In this document: positions 28,110 through 37,947 of the stretch, one piece after another
How positions within the stretch are numbered: position 1 is the first letter of the stretch
Layout: each line of letters opens with the position of its first letter
Virus record (IMG/VR): IMGVR_UViG_3300036715_000468
DNA: 64,000 nt
From: a virus
Reading direction: 5' to 3' (one strand)
Translations under genes and position numbers: made by a program
The notes under the pieces: generated by a model
Told to the model about the DNA's origin: nothing
Databases searched by the model: none
The model's input: only the letters and a program-made list of their open reading frames with translations

Positions 28110-28175
28110 AATATATTTCCTTGTGAGTGTGATTTGTTGTCTCCCAGTGAGTGCAACAAATTATTATTATACACT

Positions 28176-28183
28176 ATTTATAT
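28176..28183 (-). promoter_or_regulatory. T4-type late promoter (exact TATAAATA)
   Basis: tatttata on the plus strand equals TATAAATA on the minus strand, upstream of 27744..28109. Confidence 0.45.
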
Positions 28184-28218
28184 AAAAAATGCTGCAACCG
28201 CACATTTATTGGTAAATA

Positions 28219-28461
28219 TTACTCTTTTGCTTTAGGTTCAGTTGTTTCTTTAAGTTTAACACCAGCGCCACCAGCAACAAGTAAGCTACCGTATGCAATA
28301 CCAAAATTTACCATGTCAAATTTGCCGTTTTTATACAAATCGTGCCCTGTAAATGCTAAGAACGTAAGTATACCCGCAAACCATAAAGCTCTGGCTGGGT
28401 CATACGTTTTTCCGTCGGGACCAGTAAACCAATCATTAATTACTTTTTTAATTAAAATCAT
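28219..28461 (-). CDS. small two-TM membrane protein, possible holin
   Basis: 80 aa, two hydrophobic helices, charged C-terminus; adjacent to tail-fibre genes. Confidence 0.35.
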   Translation of the reverse strand: MILIKKVINDWFTGPDGKTYDPARALWFAGILTFLAFTGHDLYKNGKFDMVNFGIAYGSLLVAGGAGVKLKETTEPKAKE

Positions 28462-28521
28462 TATAATACCTCCTAATTATATTATACTATATTTATCAAA
28501 ATATTACGAAAATGGATCCAA

Positions 28522-28550
28522 TAAAAAGCCCCACTAAAGGGGCTTTTAAT
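28522..28550 (-). terminator. rho-independent terminator after the tail-fibre gene
   Basis: aagcccc-acta-aaggggctt hairpin followed by a T-run on the minus strand. Confidence 0.6.
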
Positions 28551-28567
28551 TTAATTAACTATGTTAA

Positions 28568-31468
28568 TTATTGAGCTACTTGGTAAGTGAAGATCACTTT
28601 TGCTGTCGCGCCTGCGCTATTTCCAGATGCTGCAACTGTTGCAATAACCTGAGCTGAGCCAGCTTCTGTAACGAAACATTCTGACATATACATACCAGCA
28701 ACTTGTGCATCATTTTCGCCTGATGACATGTAAGCCGATGTGCTACCGGATTTACCGATAGACAATAAAGCTGCAGAATCAGCAATACTAACAATAACCT
28801 TAACAGAAAGAACTGTTGAACCTGCTGGCATTGCTGTGCCGATGTTTACTGTACCATTTGCATCAAGTGGAACTGTAACTTGGTAAGCCTTAATTGCACC
28901 AGCAGAAGCACCGGAAGCAATAGCATCATCAACATACTGTTTGTTAGTTAATGCTGCAGGAACTGCTGCAATAGCTGCTGCATATTGAGCCGCTGTTGGA
29001 CCTGTTACAGTAACATAGTTAGATGTACCAGACAAATCAACGATAACATTTCCAGTAACTGCCTTCAATGTTAATGTTGTGTTACCCTGAACAAGCAATG
29101 CAGTACCAGCGTCTGATTGAATTTTACCAGAACCTGCAGGACCAACAATAACCGAACCAGTGCCAGTAGGCATAAGAACTACGTTACCATTAGTAGAAGT
29201 AGCAGTAACCTTCAAGTCAACACCGTCTGCAACAATTGTACCGCCGTTGCCGCCACCAACTGTCAATGTATCAGCTGCACCGGAAACAAATGTTAATCCA
29301 GCACTTGTTATAACAGGGCTTGTACCGTTACCGATCATTACCTGGTTAGCACCTAATGTAACTACACCAGTACCACCGTGTGCTACGTCAACTGTATTAA
29401 GAGAAACTGCACCGGACGATGTGCTAAATGATGCAGAGTTAAAACTAGCAACACCTTTTGCAAGTGTTGTTGCATCAGCTGCTGTAACAGTATATGTACT
29501 ACCTGTTACTGAAGTTGAAATACCTTGTAATGCTGTACCTTGGATAAGTTGTGTTCCACCTAATGAAACAGAACCTGAACCACTATCTGCATTTAATGTG
29601 ATTGATGAGTTTGCAAGCATAGCATTTGTAACGCCAGCTGCAGAAATCTTCAAACCAGTACCAGACTGTTGTAATCCACCAGCGCCTTCCAACACCAATG
29701 TCAACTGACCGCCTGTTAACAATGTTGTCAACTGAATAGCTTCAGCAGCAACGATGTCAAGACCAATTTCGCCTGATGGTAAGTTAGTAACACCAGCACC
29801 AAGAATAGCACTGATAACATTACCTGTAACATCAATACCAATGCCGCCTGTGTAAGCACCAGCACCAGAGAATTGAGTCCATACTTCAGGAGTTGACAAC
29901 GACGTCAATACTGCTGTTTGTACCCAACCTGTGTTAGCATATGTACCCTGTTCAACAAATACCGATGCACCATTCAATTCGTCAAACGTATTTGCGTCTG
30001 AAGAACGAACTAACGGAGTCGATGTTGTATCGAAAATATAGATACCATTATCTTGACCTGCTGTTTGACCAGTTAACAATAAGCGTTGACCGATTGTAAT
30101 TGTGTGTCCACCGAATGTTGCTGTACCTGGATTAGAGATAGTAACATTTGTTGAAGACATTGTGTGAACTGCTTGTTTCCACGAAAGACCTGTAACTGCA
30201 TTGTCAACATAGTTCTTAGTTGCTGCATCAGTTGCATTAGTTGGATCTGGAAGACCTGTAACTGTTGCACCGCCAGTGAATGACAAACTACCTGACATTG
30301 AGTCACCAGTAATATTTACATATGTACCGTCAACCAATGTTGTGATATCACCTGTAACTACTGCTGTTGTACCTGATACACGACCGAAACCGTCACGTGT
30401 AATTTTTAAGAATGTACCTGTTCCAGCATTAGTGACTGTTGCTAAACCGATATCTGTGTTAGAAGAAACACCGTCACCGTTTGTAACAACGATTTCACCA
30501 GCTGCACCAGAGAATGTACGTGATGTTGAAGTACCGTCTGCTGTAATTACATAGTAACCGGGTGTTGTATTAGCTTCTAAAGCTGACAAGTTATTAGCAA
30601 GAACAAATGTTGGGGAACCAGCGACACCAGATGCGTTAGTGATTGTAAAACCACGTATAGGAGCAGTTAATGATGTTGATGAATATGTATCAGCACCAGT
30701 CTGAACCATAAGTCCTGTCGAAGTTTTTGCTGCTAAAGCTGCAAGACCTGCGTCATATGCTTGTACACCTGAAGTTGCGCCTGGCAAACCTTGTGACCAA
30801 TCAGTTCCACCTGGGTTACCGTAGATTACGTTACCTGGTGCGCCTACTGGAAAAATTTCTTCCAATGTATTTTTGCCTTCGACACCAGCTGCTAAGTTAT
30901 TAAGGGCTGTTGTCAAATCAGTAGCACCGCCAAACAATATATCAGTAAGTGCTCCTGCAACATTAGATGTACCATTGGAGTTAACCATTGTACCAAGTGT
31001 TGCTTCGATATTGTCGACTTCTATCTGTAATGTAGCTACACTACCTGTCGACCCAAGTGTTGTCCATGTTGTACCGTTGAAGAATTCAACTGTAGATGCT
31101 GTTGGTACGTCGTTATTAACGCGAACCATACCAGTTGCACCAGTTGGACGACCTGCTGTATTACCGATAGGGGCAACAAATGCTTTAGAACCGTCGAATT
31201 GGAATACGCCTGCGCCTTGACGGCTAAGTGTTGTATCGCCACCGACACTTATTGTACCTGAGGTAGCAGTTAATACTAAATTACCTGTTGTTGCAGTTAC
31301 GTTACCTGCCGATGTTGTTACGCTTGAAGCTGTAACTGCTGCATCAGTCGAACCGTCTGCTGCCTTGAAATTGAACGTGCCTGCATTGTTGATAAGACGC
31401 GTACCGGCCTTACCGAATTGTAGGTCAGTACCTACACCAATCAGCCCGAAGTTTTTTACATTTGCCAT
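28568..31468 (-). CDS. large tail fibre protein (Thr/Gly/Ser/Ala-rich)
   Basis: 966 aa, low-complexity beta-rich composition typical of long tail fibres; late-promoter motif and GGAG RBS upstream. Confidence 0.7.
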   Translation of the reverse strand: MANVKNFGLIGVGTDLQFGKAGTRLINNAGTFNFKAADGSTDAAVTASSVTTSAGNVTATTGNLVLTATSGTISVGGDTTLSRQGAGVFQFDGSKAFVAPIGNTAGRPTGATGMVRVNNDVPTASTVEFFNGTTWTTLGSTGSVATLQIEVDNIEATLGTMVNSNGTSNVAGALTDILFGGATDLTTALNNLAAGVEGKNTLEEIFPVGAPGNVIYGNPGGTDWSQGLPGATSGVQAYDAGLAALAAKTSTGLMVQTGADTYSSTSLTAPIRGFTITNASGVAGSPTFVLANNLSALEANTTPGYYVITADGTSTSRTFSGAAGEIVVTNGDGVSSNTDIGLATVTNAGTGTFLKITRDGFGRVSGTTAVVTGDITTLVDGTYVNITGDSMSGSLSFTGGATVTGLPDPTNATDAATKNYVDNAVTGLSWKQAVHTMSSTNVTISNPGTATFGGHTITIGQRLLLTGQTAGQDNGIYIFDTTSTPLVRSSDANTFDELNGASVFVEQGTYANTGWVQTAVLTSLSTPEVWTQFSGAGAYTGGIGIDVTGNVISAILGAGVTNLPSGEIGLDIVAAEAIQLTTLLTGGQLTLVLEGAGGLQQSGTGLKISAAGVTNAMLANSSITLNADSGSGSVSLGGTQLIQGTALQGISTSVTGSTYTVTAADATTLAKGVASFNSASFSTSSGAVSLNTVDVAHGGTGVVTLGANQVMIGNGTSPVITSAGLTFVSGAADTLTVGGGNGGTIVADGVDLKVTATSTNGNVVLMPTGTGSVIVGPAGSGKIQSDAGTALLVQGNTTLTLKAVTGNVIVDLSGTSNYVTVTGPTAAQYAAAIAAVPAALTNKQYVDDAIASGASAGAIKAYQVTVPLDANGTVNIGTAMPAGSTVLSVKVIVSIADSAALLSIGKSGSTSAYMSSGENDAQVAGMYMSECFVTEAGSAQVIATVAASGNSAGATAKVIFTYQVAQ

Positions 31469-31507
31469 TTAAATCTCCTATTATAGGCCTTAACGGCCCT
31501 CTTTGTT

Positions 31508-31515
31508 ATTTATCC
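31508..31515 (-). promoter_or_regulatory. GATAAATA late-promoter-like element about 40 nt upstream of tail fibre gene 28568..31468
   Basis: tatttatc on the plus strand; followed by a GGAG RBS before the ATG. Confidence 0.4.
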
Positions 31516-31529
31516 AAAAAAATCATTTA

Positions 31530-32636
31530 TTATACATATGAGACTATAATTTGCGCTGATCCAACTACCGTTCCACCGTTCACATATGTTGCTGTTATTT
31601 CGACATCTCCTGCAGGAGTGTCTGTTCCAAATAATATATCTGACATTGTCGAATACACACCGATACTTGTTAAATCTATCTCTGTAATTGTCATTAGTGC
31701 TGATGGCATTACTACGGATGCTGCTGGAATATTATATCCTATTTCTAATGTTGTACCTGGAATAATAAACGATACAGGCACTTCAACAGTAATAAGTGTA
31801 ATTCTACCACCTGTCGGTAAAGTACCGATAATAGTAGTTCCTGGAGAAAACGGAGTTAATGTAAATTCGATTGTCGATGAATCTGATATCGAAGTTTCTT
31901 GTCTAGATATTAGTGTCCATCCATTTGATGGTCCCGAAATTGTATAAATCCAATAACTCCACTGGTTTACATAATTTCCTGCACCGTCATCAGAATTGAT
32001 GACATATGATTGGGTTCCTAACATCGTAGGCAATGCATTTCTTGTTGTTAAGTCTGCTACAACATTAACACCTGTTCCCAACGACGGTGTCCACACTGTA
32101 CCATTCCAAACAAGAATTTTACCGACATCAGTAGTATTATTAAGTGTATCACTTAACGGTGATATATTATATAATGAACCGGCTGTTCCTAAAGATGCGA
32201 CCGGCGCAAGTCCTGTAATGCTTGTAACTGGTATAGTGGTAGAATAGACCAACTGTGTTCCAGTTGCATTCCATAATACATAACCGTTTGAAAGCGGGGG
32301 TTTTGTCGTGTCACTTAATCCGGCGAAACTAAAACTGCTACTTGTCGGCTTGTTTAGCAGAGTATTATAATCTGTGAATGAATTTTCCCACAGACTAGTA
32401 AATGCGTTATATGTTAATGATTGACCCGAAAGAAGGGAAAGTGACGGACTATCTACTGTGGGCGATACATTAAGTAATTCACCTAATTTGGATGCGCCAC
32501 CGCTACCGCCCGTTGGGGTAGCATTAACAAATGCTTTTCTTGTCGAGTCATATCTTAATGTCTGACCATCGATAATATTCTTAATATAGAACGTTGGTAC
32601 ATATTGATTTAAGAGGGTATTTTGACCTATTATCAT
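31530..32636 (-). CDS. tail fibre or receptor-binding protein
   Basis: 368 aa, Thr/Ser/Gly-rich, same composition as the neighbouring large fibre. Confidence 0.6.
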   Translation of the reverse strand: MIIGQNTLLNQYVPTFYIKNIIDGQTLRYDSTRKAFVNATPTGGSGGASKLGELLNVSPTVDSPSLSLLSGQSLTYNAFTSLWENSFTDYNTLLNKPTSSSFSFAGLSDTTKPPLSNGYVLWNATGTQLVYSTTIPVTSITGLAPVASLGTAGSLYNISPLSDTLNNTTDVGKILVWNGTVWTPSLGTGVNVVADLTTRNALPTMLGTQSYVINSDDGAGNYVNQWSYWIYTISGPSNGWTLISRQETSISDSSTIEFTLTPFSPGTTIIGTLPTGGRITLITVEVPVSFIIPGTTLEIGYNIPAASVVMPSALMTITEIDLTSIGVYSTMSDILFGTDTPAGDVEITATYVNGGTVVGSAQIIVSYV

Positions 32637-32646
32637 TTTCTGTTCC

Positions 32647-33084
32647 TTATAGACTTAATAAGACTTTATCAATCTGTCCGTACTGCCAAGTGTTCCATTG
32701 CACATTCACTGGTGACGGTTGAAGATAATCTCGAGTTAATACTGCTCTTAGGAAAACAAAATTTCCTATAAATGTCGTTGCCATTGACCCTGTGTCGCCA
32801 CCGTTATTTCCTGTTGGTGCATACGGGTCAATCGGAAATGGTATGAATGGAGTATTTATATCGCCGTTTGGATTTAATTTAATCCAGAACCAATCTTCGG
32901 GTTTTGGATCTAGCGCAAGTGTGCCTTGTAAGCCAAAACCGCCTACTAGATTTTGATATATTACTTGCACAGTATGTATGCCGTCTGTATAGCCGTAATA
33001 AGCATCAGCCCTTATTGGCTCTCCGATAACATTCCAGTGTGTACCGGTATTTGTCATCATCAGAACTGATTTTCTAATTGCCAT
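32647..33084 (-). CDS. hypothetical tail-fibre-associated protein
   Basis: 145 aa, upstream of the fibre genes; GATAAATA 33 nt upstream. Confidence 0.45.
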   Translation of the reverse strand: MAIRKSVLMMTNTGTHWNVIGEPIRADAYYGYTDGIHTVQVIYQNLVGGFGLQGTLALDPKPEDWFWIKLNPNGDINTPFIPFPIDPYAPTGNNGGDTGSMATTFIGNFVFLRAVLTRDYLQPSPVNVQWNTWQYGQIDKVLLSL

Positions 33085-33116
33085 TACTTTATCTCCAAAG
33101 TCGAATATTTATTATA

Positions 33117-33137
33117 TATTTATCTGTTCGATAAATA
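33117..33137. promoter_or_regulatory. divergent pair of GATAAATA elements (minus 33117..33124, plus 33130..33137)
   Basis: AT-rich 76-bp intergenic region between divergent genes 33084 and 33161. Confidence 0.35.
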
Positions 33138-33160
33138 TATAAACTTGATGGATAATAGAA

Positions 33161-33868
33161 ATGAAATTATACGAAATTATTAATACAGAATATAAGACAA
33201 AAGATATAGATGGCGAATTTGATTTAGATCAAATGTCTATTAATAAAAAAGCTGCTATGAAAACAGTTCCACCTTACGGGGAAAGAGGTGGTAACGGATA
33301 TTATGCAACTGTCGATGTTGATGCAAATACGCCTATGGATGCTAAAAAGACGTATCACGAACCAACAGCAAGGGTCGAGGGCGATGCTTATTATATGTAT
33401 ATTAAGACAGTTACAAATAGTGGGTTAGCACAATCGAATCCATACTTCCCAAGAGTGTATAAAGTAGAAGTCGAGCGTGATAGTGCAGGACGAAAGAAGC
33501 CTAGTTTCGAGATGGAGACACTTATGACTGCTACAGAGTTTGACAGTGAAGCACTATATAATATGGGTAAAAAAATGTTTAATAAGTTTGATGATATGTT
33601 GCCGTATGGCAGAGACAGTAATTCATCTCAACTTAACCATGCGATTGTGAATGCTATGAAATACGTGATAATGAATGATTCATATGCCGACGTTAAGGAC
33701 AAGAAATTAATACAGGCACTAAGAGTAATTACTGATATTATAGATGAAAGTATTGACAGTTTTCATCTAGATTTACATGCAGGTAATATTATGTTACGTG
33801 GTACAAAAAATGGTCCACAGGTAGTATTAACTGACCCCGTAGCTGATACACAACAGAAAGCAACATAG
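33161..33868 (+). CDS. protein-kinase-like fold protein (APH / Kdo-kinase / eukaryotic-like kinase catalytic loop)
   Basis: HLDLHAGNIMLR (Brenner-type H-x-D-x-x-x-x-N catalytic loop) followed by VVLTDPVAD (DFG-like metal-binding Asp). Confidence 0.45.
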   Translation: MKLYEIINTEYKTKDIDGEFDLDQMSINKKAAMKTVPPYGERGGNGYYATVDVDANTPMDAKKTYHEPTARVEGDAYYMYIKTVTNSGLAQSNPYFPRVYKVEVERDSAGRKKPSFEMETLMTATEFDSEALYNMGKKMFNKFDDMLPYGRDSNSSQLNHAIVNAMKYVIMNDSYADVKDKKLIQALRVITDIIDESIDSFHLDLHAGNIMLRGTKNGPQVVLTDPVADTQQKAT

Positions 33869-33888
33869 GCCCCGAAGGGCCTATGTTG
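33861..33888. terminator. bidirectional terminator hairpin between convergent genes
   Basis: aacataggccc-cgaa-gggcctatgtt, an 11-bp perfect stem. Confidence 0.55.
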
Positions 33889-33899
33889 TAGTATAGTAT

Positions 33900-36116
33900 T
33901 TAAACTACAATTAATGCTTCTGTTACGGGTGGATGCGGATCAATAACAAGTTCGCCGTCGACACAATCAACATTAACACGGCCGCCATCTTTTAACTTAC
34001 CGAATAAGATTTCTTTAGATAATACCTTTTTAATCTTCTCTTCGAATAAGCGTTCAAACGGTCTTGCACCCATTAATGGGTCATAACCATTTGTAGCAAG
34101 CCAGTCACGTGCCTGCTGAGTTACATTAAGTGTAATGTTCTTTGGAGCAAGCATTACATCTGTTTTCTCAACTTCGGCATTAACAATCAAATTCATTTCA
34201 TTCATTGTTAGTTTGTTAAATTTAACAATACCATCTAAACGATTTCTAAATTCTGGGCTAAAGAATTTTTTGATTTCAGCTTCAACAACTGCGCCGTTAT
34301 CTTGGCTACCAAAACCAATCTTTAATTTCTCAGCATCTGCTGCACCTAAGTTAGCAGACATAATAATGATTACGTTTGAGAAATCTACTGTCTTACCTTT
34401 AGACGATGTTAAGCGACCGTCATCCATTACTTGCAATAATACAGTTAATACGTCAGGATGGGCCTTTTCAACTTCATCGAGCAATAATACACAGTTCGGA
34501 TTAGTATCCACTACCTGAATCAATTGTCCTTCACCCATTTTACCTTCGCCGTGTCCTACAAAACCTGGAGGGGCACCAATAAATTTAGATACTGTATGCT
34601 TTTCCATGTATTCAGACATATCAAAACGTGCAAAGTGAACGCCGAGTGATTCAGCAAGTTTCTTAGCAGTATAAGTCTTACCAGTACCGGTTGGGCCAGT
34701 AAATAAGAAGCTACCGATAGGCTTAGTTGGATTACGCAATCCAGCCTTAGACATAAAGATTGCTTCAACAAGTTTGTCAATAGCAACATCTTGTCCATAC
34801 ACTTTGTTCTTTATACGTGGTGCAAGATTTTCCAACGCACTGTTTTCCTTCATGTCGATCATCTCAACAGGAATATGTGCAATTTTTGCAGCCTGGCGAA
34901 CAACGGAATCTATCGTCACTATTTTTTCTTCACGTAACTTAGCGATGGCACCGGCCGAATCCATAACGTCGATTGCTTTGTCCGGGAAGAACTTAGACTT
35001 CATATAACGTCCCGACAAATCTACGCACATATCTGTCGCGCCTTCTTCGAATGTTACACCGTGGAACTTCTCGTATTGATATGCAATACCGCGAAGAATA
35101 AGTTTTGTTTCTTCTGCAGACGGTTGATTAATATCGTACTTCTGGAAACGACGCAACAGTGCTTTATCTTTTTCGAAGTGTTCGTGGAACTCATCGTATG
35201 TTGTAGCGCCGACACACATTAATTGGCCCTTAGCAAGCATAGGCTTTAACATGTTACCTGCATCCATCTGGCTACCAGTCGTAGAACCTGCGCCTAAAAT
35301 CATGTGTATTTCATCAATAAACATAATGCAGTTACCGAGTTTTTTAACTTGGTCTAACACACCTTTCAAACGTTCTTCGAAGTCACCGCGGAATTTCGTA
35401 CCAGCTAACAAAGCACTGATATCTAAACTGTATACAACCTTATCTTGCAATGCTTTTGGAACTTCTTTATTTATAATCTTCAGTGCCAAGCCTTCTGCTA
35501 ATGCAGTTTTACCCACACCAGGCTCGCCGACATACACAACATTGTTCTTTTTACGACGAGCTAAGATTTCGATAGTATCGACAACTTCGCGTTCACGTCC
35601 GATCACCGGATCAATTGCACCATCTGTTGCTTCTTTATTTAAGTTACGTGCATACAAGTCTAAGAAAGTGTCTTCTTGTGTTGCTTGTTTCTCGTCTGCC
35701 TTACGCAAATGTTCGATAATTTTTTCTCTAGACACGCCGTATTTGCCTAAGAAATAATGTGAGTGGCTTGTTTCTTCGCTTAATATACTTAACAAAATAG
35801 CTTCGTTGCTAAGTTCGGCGCGGCCGCTAAATACTGCTTGTGTCAGCGCTCGCTGGAATGTGCGTTGTAATACAGCCGTGCGTTTTGCGGGTATGTCTTT
35901 TAGTGCGTCCGGCTTTTTAAGTGCAGGATCACCCAAAAATTGTATAGTCTCCGTCTTAATTTTAGCTGGTTGCCCGCCAATAGCAAGGATAAGTTCATTA
36001 ACTTCTTTCTCATGTAACAGAGATAATAATACATGCTCTAATGTTACATATTCGTGATTGTTGTCATTTGCGATTGCAACTGCGCGTTCAATCATTTTCT
36101 CTACCTTCTTAGTCAT
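33900..36116 (-). CDS. clpA: ClpA-type AAA+ unfoldase (ATP-dependent Clp protease ATP-binding subunit)
   Basis: ClpA-like N-domain (EYVTLEHVLLSLL), two AAA modules with Walker A GEPGVGKTA and GPTGTGKT, no ClpB middle domain, a KIGFG ClpP-docking loop; 738 aa. Confidence 0.9.
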   Translation of the reverse strand: MTKKVEKMIERAVAIANDNNHEYVTLEHVLLSLLHEKEVNELILAIGGQPAKIKTETIQFLGDPALKKPDALKDIPAKRTAVLQRTFQRALTQAVFSGRAELSNEAILLSILSEETSHSHYFLGKYGVSREKIIEHLRKADEKQATQEDTFLDLYARNLNKEATDGAIDPVIGREREVVDTIEILARRKKNNVVYVGEPGVGKTALAEGLALKIINKEVPKALQDKVVYSLDISALLAGTKFRGDFEERLKGVLDQVKKLGNCIMFIDEIHMILGAGSTTGSQMDAGNMLKPMLAKGQLMCVGATTYDEFHEHFEKDKALLRRFQKYDINQPSAEETKLILRGIAYQYEKFHGVTFEEGATDMCVDLSGRYMKSKFFPDKAIDVMDSAGAIAKLREEKIVTIDSVVRQAAKIAHIPVEMIDMKENSALENLAPRIKNKVYGQDVAIDKLVEAIFMSKAGLRNPTKPIGSFLFTGPTGTGKTYTAKKLAESLGVHFARFDMSEYMEKHTVSKFIGAPPGFVGHGEGKMGEGQLIQVVDTNPNCVLLLDEVEKAHPDVLTVLLQVMDDGRLTSSKGKTVDFSNVIIIMSANLGAADAEKLKIGFGSQDNGAVVEAEIKKFFSPEFRNRLDGIVKFNKLTMNEMNLIVNAEVEKTDVMLAPKNITLNVTQQARDWLATNGYDPLMGARPFERLFEEKIKKVLSKEILFGKLKDGGRVNVDCVDGELVIDPHPPVTEALIVV

Positions 36117-36126
36117 TTTATTTTCC

Positions 36127-36927
36127 TTAAATATTAATTGAATCTCTGTGTGTCAATGTTTTTAAAACTTCCGCTTGTGCAACAGTCAGTGCCTTCGGAA
36201 TAGTAATAGTGATGCGAACTAATATATCACCATGTTTATCAAGTTCGGGGTTTCTCATTCCTTTGCCTGATAATTTAACTATTTGCCCGGGCTGTATGCC
36301 TGCTGGTATTACAAACTGTAGTTTAACACCATCTAAGTGGTCTAGTATAGCATCCATGCCAACCATGGCCTCGATAGCATCAATTGTTACGTCAACTAGT
36401 AAATCGTCATTAGATCGTTTAAATTTAAAATGCTGTTGTATATCAACACGATACATTTTGTTATCAACAAAAAATTTAGTTCCAGATCTTGCTCCTCGTG
36501 GAACATTAATCACTGCTGACGAACTAACTCTTATCGACTTACCTATATATGCATCTGCAAGAGATATCGTTAATATATGTGTTGTTGTTTGTTGTTGCTG
36601 CGGTTGCTGTGGTCGTTGATTGAAGAATGCCTTAAACATCTCATCGAACTGTGCTGTATCAGTGCTCTGATGTGTCCAACTAGACCTGTTATTTGAAAAT
36701 CCTGGTCCGGCATGGCCATAGGTATCATATTCTTTGCGTTTTTCGAGATCACTCAATACTTCATATGCGTCTTTTGCTTCTTTAAACTTTTCCTCGGCTG
36801 CTGCGGAGCCTTCCCCGGGATTTCGATCAGGATGAAACTTCATCGCTAGGCGTTTATATCTGCCTTTAATTTCTTCAGCGGTAGCAGTTCGTTCTAACCC
36901 TAATATTTCATAATAATCTTTTTTCAT
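36127..36927 (-). CDS. DnaJ-like J-domain co-chaperone (CbpA/DnaJ type, no zinc finger)
   Basis: N-terminal J domain DYYEILGL...[12 protein letters not shown] with HPD; a Q-rich linker ([10 protein letters not shown]) instead of a G/F region; C-terminal substrate-binding-like domain. Confidence 0.85.
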   Translation of the reverse strand: MKKDYYEILGLERTATAEEIKGRYKRLAMKFHPDRNPGEGSAAAEEKFKEAKDAYEVLSDLEKRKEYDTYGHAGPGFSNNRSSWTHQSTDTAQFDEMFKAFFNQRPQQPQQQQTTTHILTISLADAYIGKSIRVSSSAVINVPRGARSGTKFFVDNKMYRVDIQQHFKFKRSNDDLLVDVTIDAIEAMVGMDAILDHLDGVKLQFVIPAGIQPGQIVKLSGKGMRNPELDKHGDILVRITITIPKALTVAQAEVLKTLTHRDSINI

Positions 36928-36933
36928 ATACTA

Positions 36934-36978
36934 TATTTATCGTAAGTAGTCATCTCTACACATTATAAAAGATAAATA
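36934..36978. promoter_or_regulatory. divergent pair of GATAAATA elements, each 5-6 nt from its ATG (minus 36934..36941 for dnaJ-like; plus 36971..36978 for the endonuclease)
   Basis: minus: GATAAATA-tagtat-ATG; plus: gataaata-agtat-ATG; neither has a Shine-Dalgarno. Confidence 0.4.
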
Positions 36979-36983
36979 AGTAT

Positions 36984-37748
36984 ATGTCAAAATATAAGCC
37001 TCGTGGAACAGCAATATCTTTAGCAAAACGGATGCCATTATCCGAATTTATAGATAAAGCTAAAATAATACATAATAATAAATATGACTACAGTTATGTA
37101 GATTATATTAACGCACATACGCATATAAAAATTATATGCCCCGAACACGGCGAGTGGATGCAAACCCCGATGAGTCATACTACGCGAAAATGTGGATGTC
37201 CTACCTGTGGGAATATCAAAAAAGGTATTTCCAAAAAAATATCATCATATAATAAATTTATTCTATTTGCAAAAAACTTCCATAATAACAAATATACATA
37301 TCTGGACGAAACATTCACTGGGATAACATCTATAATGAAAATTATCTGTCCAGTTCATGGAGAATTCTCCCAATCACCCGATGTCCATAAACGTGCCGGG
37401 TGTCAACGATGCGGATCAGGACCAGTTTCCGAAGCATCACAAGTATGGCTAGATTCTTTACATATATGTAAAGAATATCGAGAAATTTGGATTAAACTCG
37501 GATCTAAACGAATTAAGGTAGACGCATATGATCCGAATACAAACACTATATATGAATACTGGGGCGATTATTGGCACGGTAATCCCGATACATATGATCA
37601 TAAAAAGGTAAATTCGAATAATAAGAAAACATTCGGCGAATTATATTCTTTAACTATGGAAAGAATATCTCTTATAGAATCTGCAGGATATGCCCTTGTT
37701 CAAGTGTGGGAGAAAGACTGGTTAAAATCTATAAGTAATACGCCCTAA
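36984..37748 (+). CDS. freestanding homing-endonuclease-like protein (duplicated zinc-ribbon module plus a C-terminal Vsr / PD-(D/E)xK-like domain)
   Basis: two repeats of [10 protein letters not shown]...[14 protein letters not shown]...GC; C-terminus [22 protein letters not shown] resembles the Vsr/DUF559 core; a plus-strand insertion between dnaJ-like and infA. Confidence 0.5.
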   Translation: MSKYKPRGTAISLAKRMPLSEFIDKAKIIHNNKYDYSYVDYINAHTHIKIICPEHGEWMQTPMSHTTRKCGCPTCGNIKKGISKKISSYNKFILFAKNFHNNKYTYLDETFTGITSIMKIICPVHGEFSQSPDVHKRAGCQRCGSGPVSEASQVWLDSLHICKEYREIWIKLGSKRIKVDAYDPNTNTIYEYWGDYWHGNPDTYDHKKVNSNNKKTFGELYSLTMERISLIESAGYALVQVWEKDWLKSISNTP

Positions 37749-37943
37749 TGTAAGATCATAACATGAAAGTTCCACTTCCACCAAATCATTTAATAAAATT
37801 TGAATATTATTCTTTCTAATTTTACCACTAATAACGGCATTAAGGGTGTGTCCGTTTTCTAATTTAACTTTAAATTTTGCTCCTGGTGCTGCATCAGTAA
37901 CACGCCCTTTTGTGACAATCATGCCATCTTTATCTTTAGCCAA
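37722..37943 (-). mobile_element. see CDS call below (placeholder removed)
   Basis: ignore; duplicate of the infA CDS entry that follows. Confidence 0.
37722..37943 (-). CDS. infA: translation initiation factor IF-1 homolog
   Basis: [73 protein letters not shown] aligns along its whole length with bacterial IF-1 (S1-like OB fold). Confidence 0.85.
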   Translation of the reverse strand: MAKDKDGMIVTKGRVTDAAPGAKFKVKLENGHTLNAVISGKIRKNNIQILLNDLVEVELSCYDLTLGRITYRF

Positions 37944-37947
37944 CTTA

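Noticed and set aside
31469-31480. TATAAT box immediately upstream of the tail-fibre RBS
   Set aside because: It is too close to the Shine-Dalgarno to be a functional -10 and there is no matching -35. The GATAAATA element at 31508 is the more plausible promoter.
31486-31499. ggcc-ttaac-ggcc hairpin after tail-fibre gene 2
   Set aside because: It has only a 4-bp stem and no T-run, so it is too weak to call a terminator.
36585-36615. gttgttgtttgttgttgctgcggttgctg simple repeat
   Set aside because: It is not a regulatory repeat or CRISPR-like element. It is the coding sequence of the poly-Gln linker of the DnaJ-like protein.
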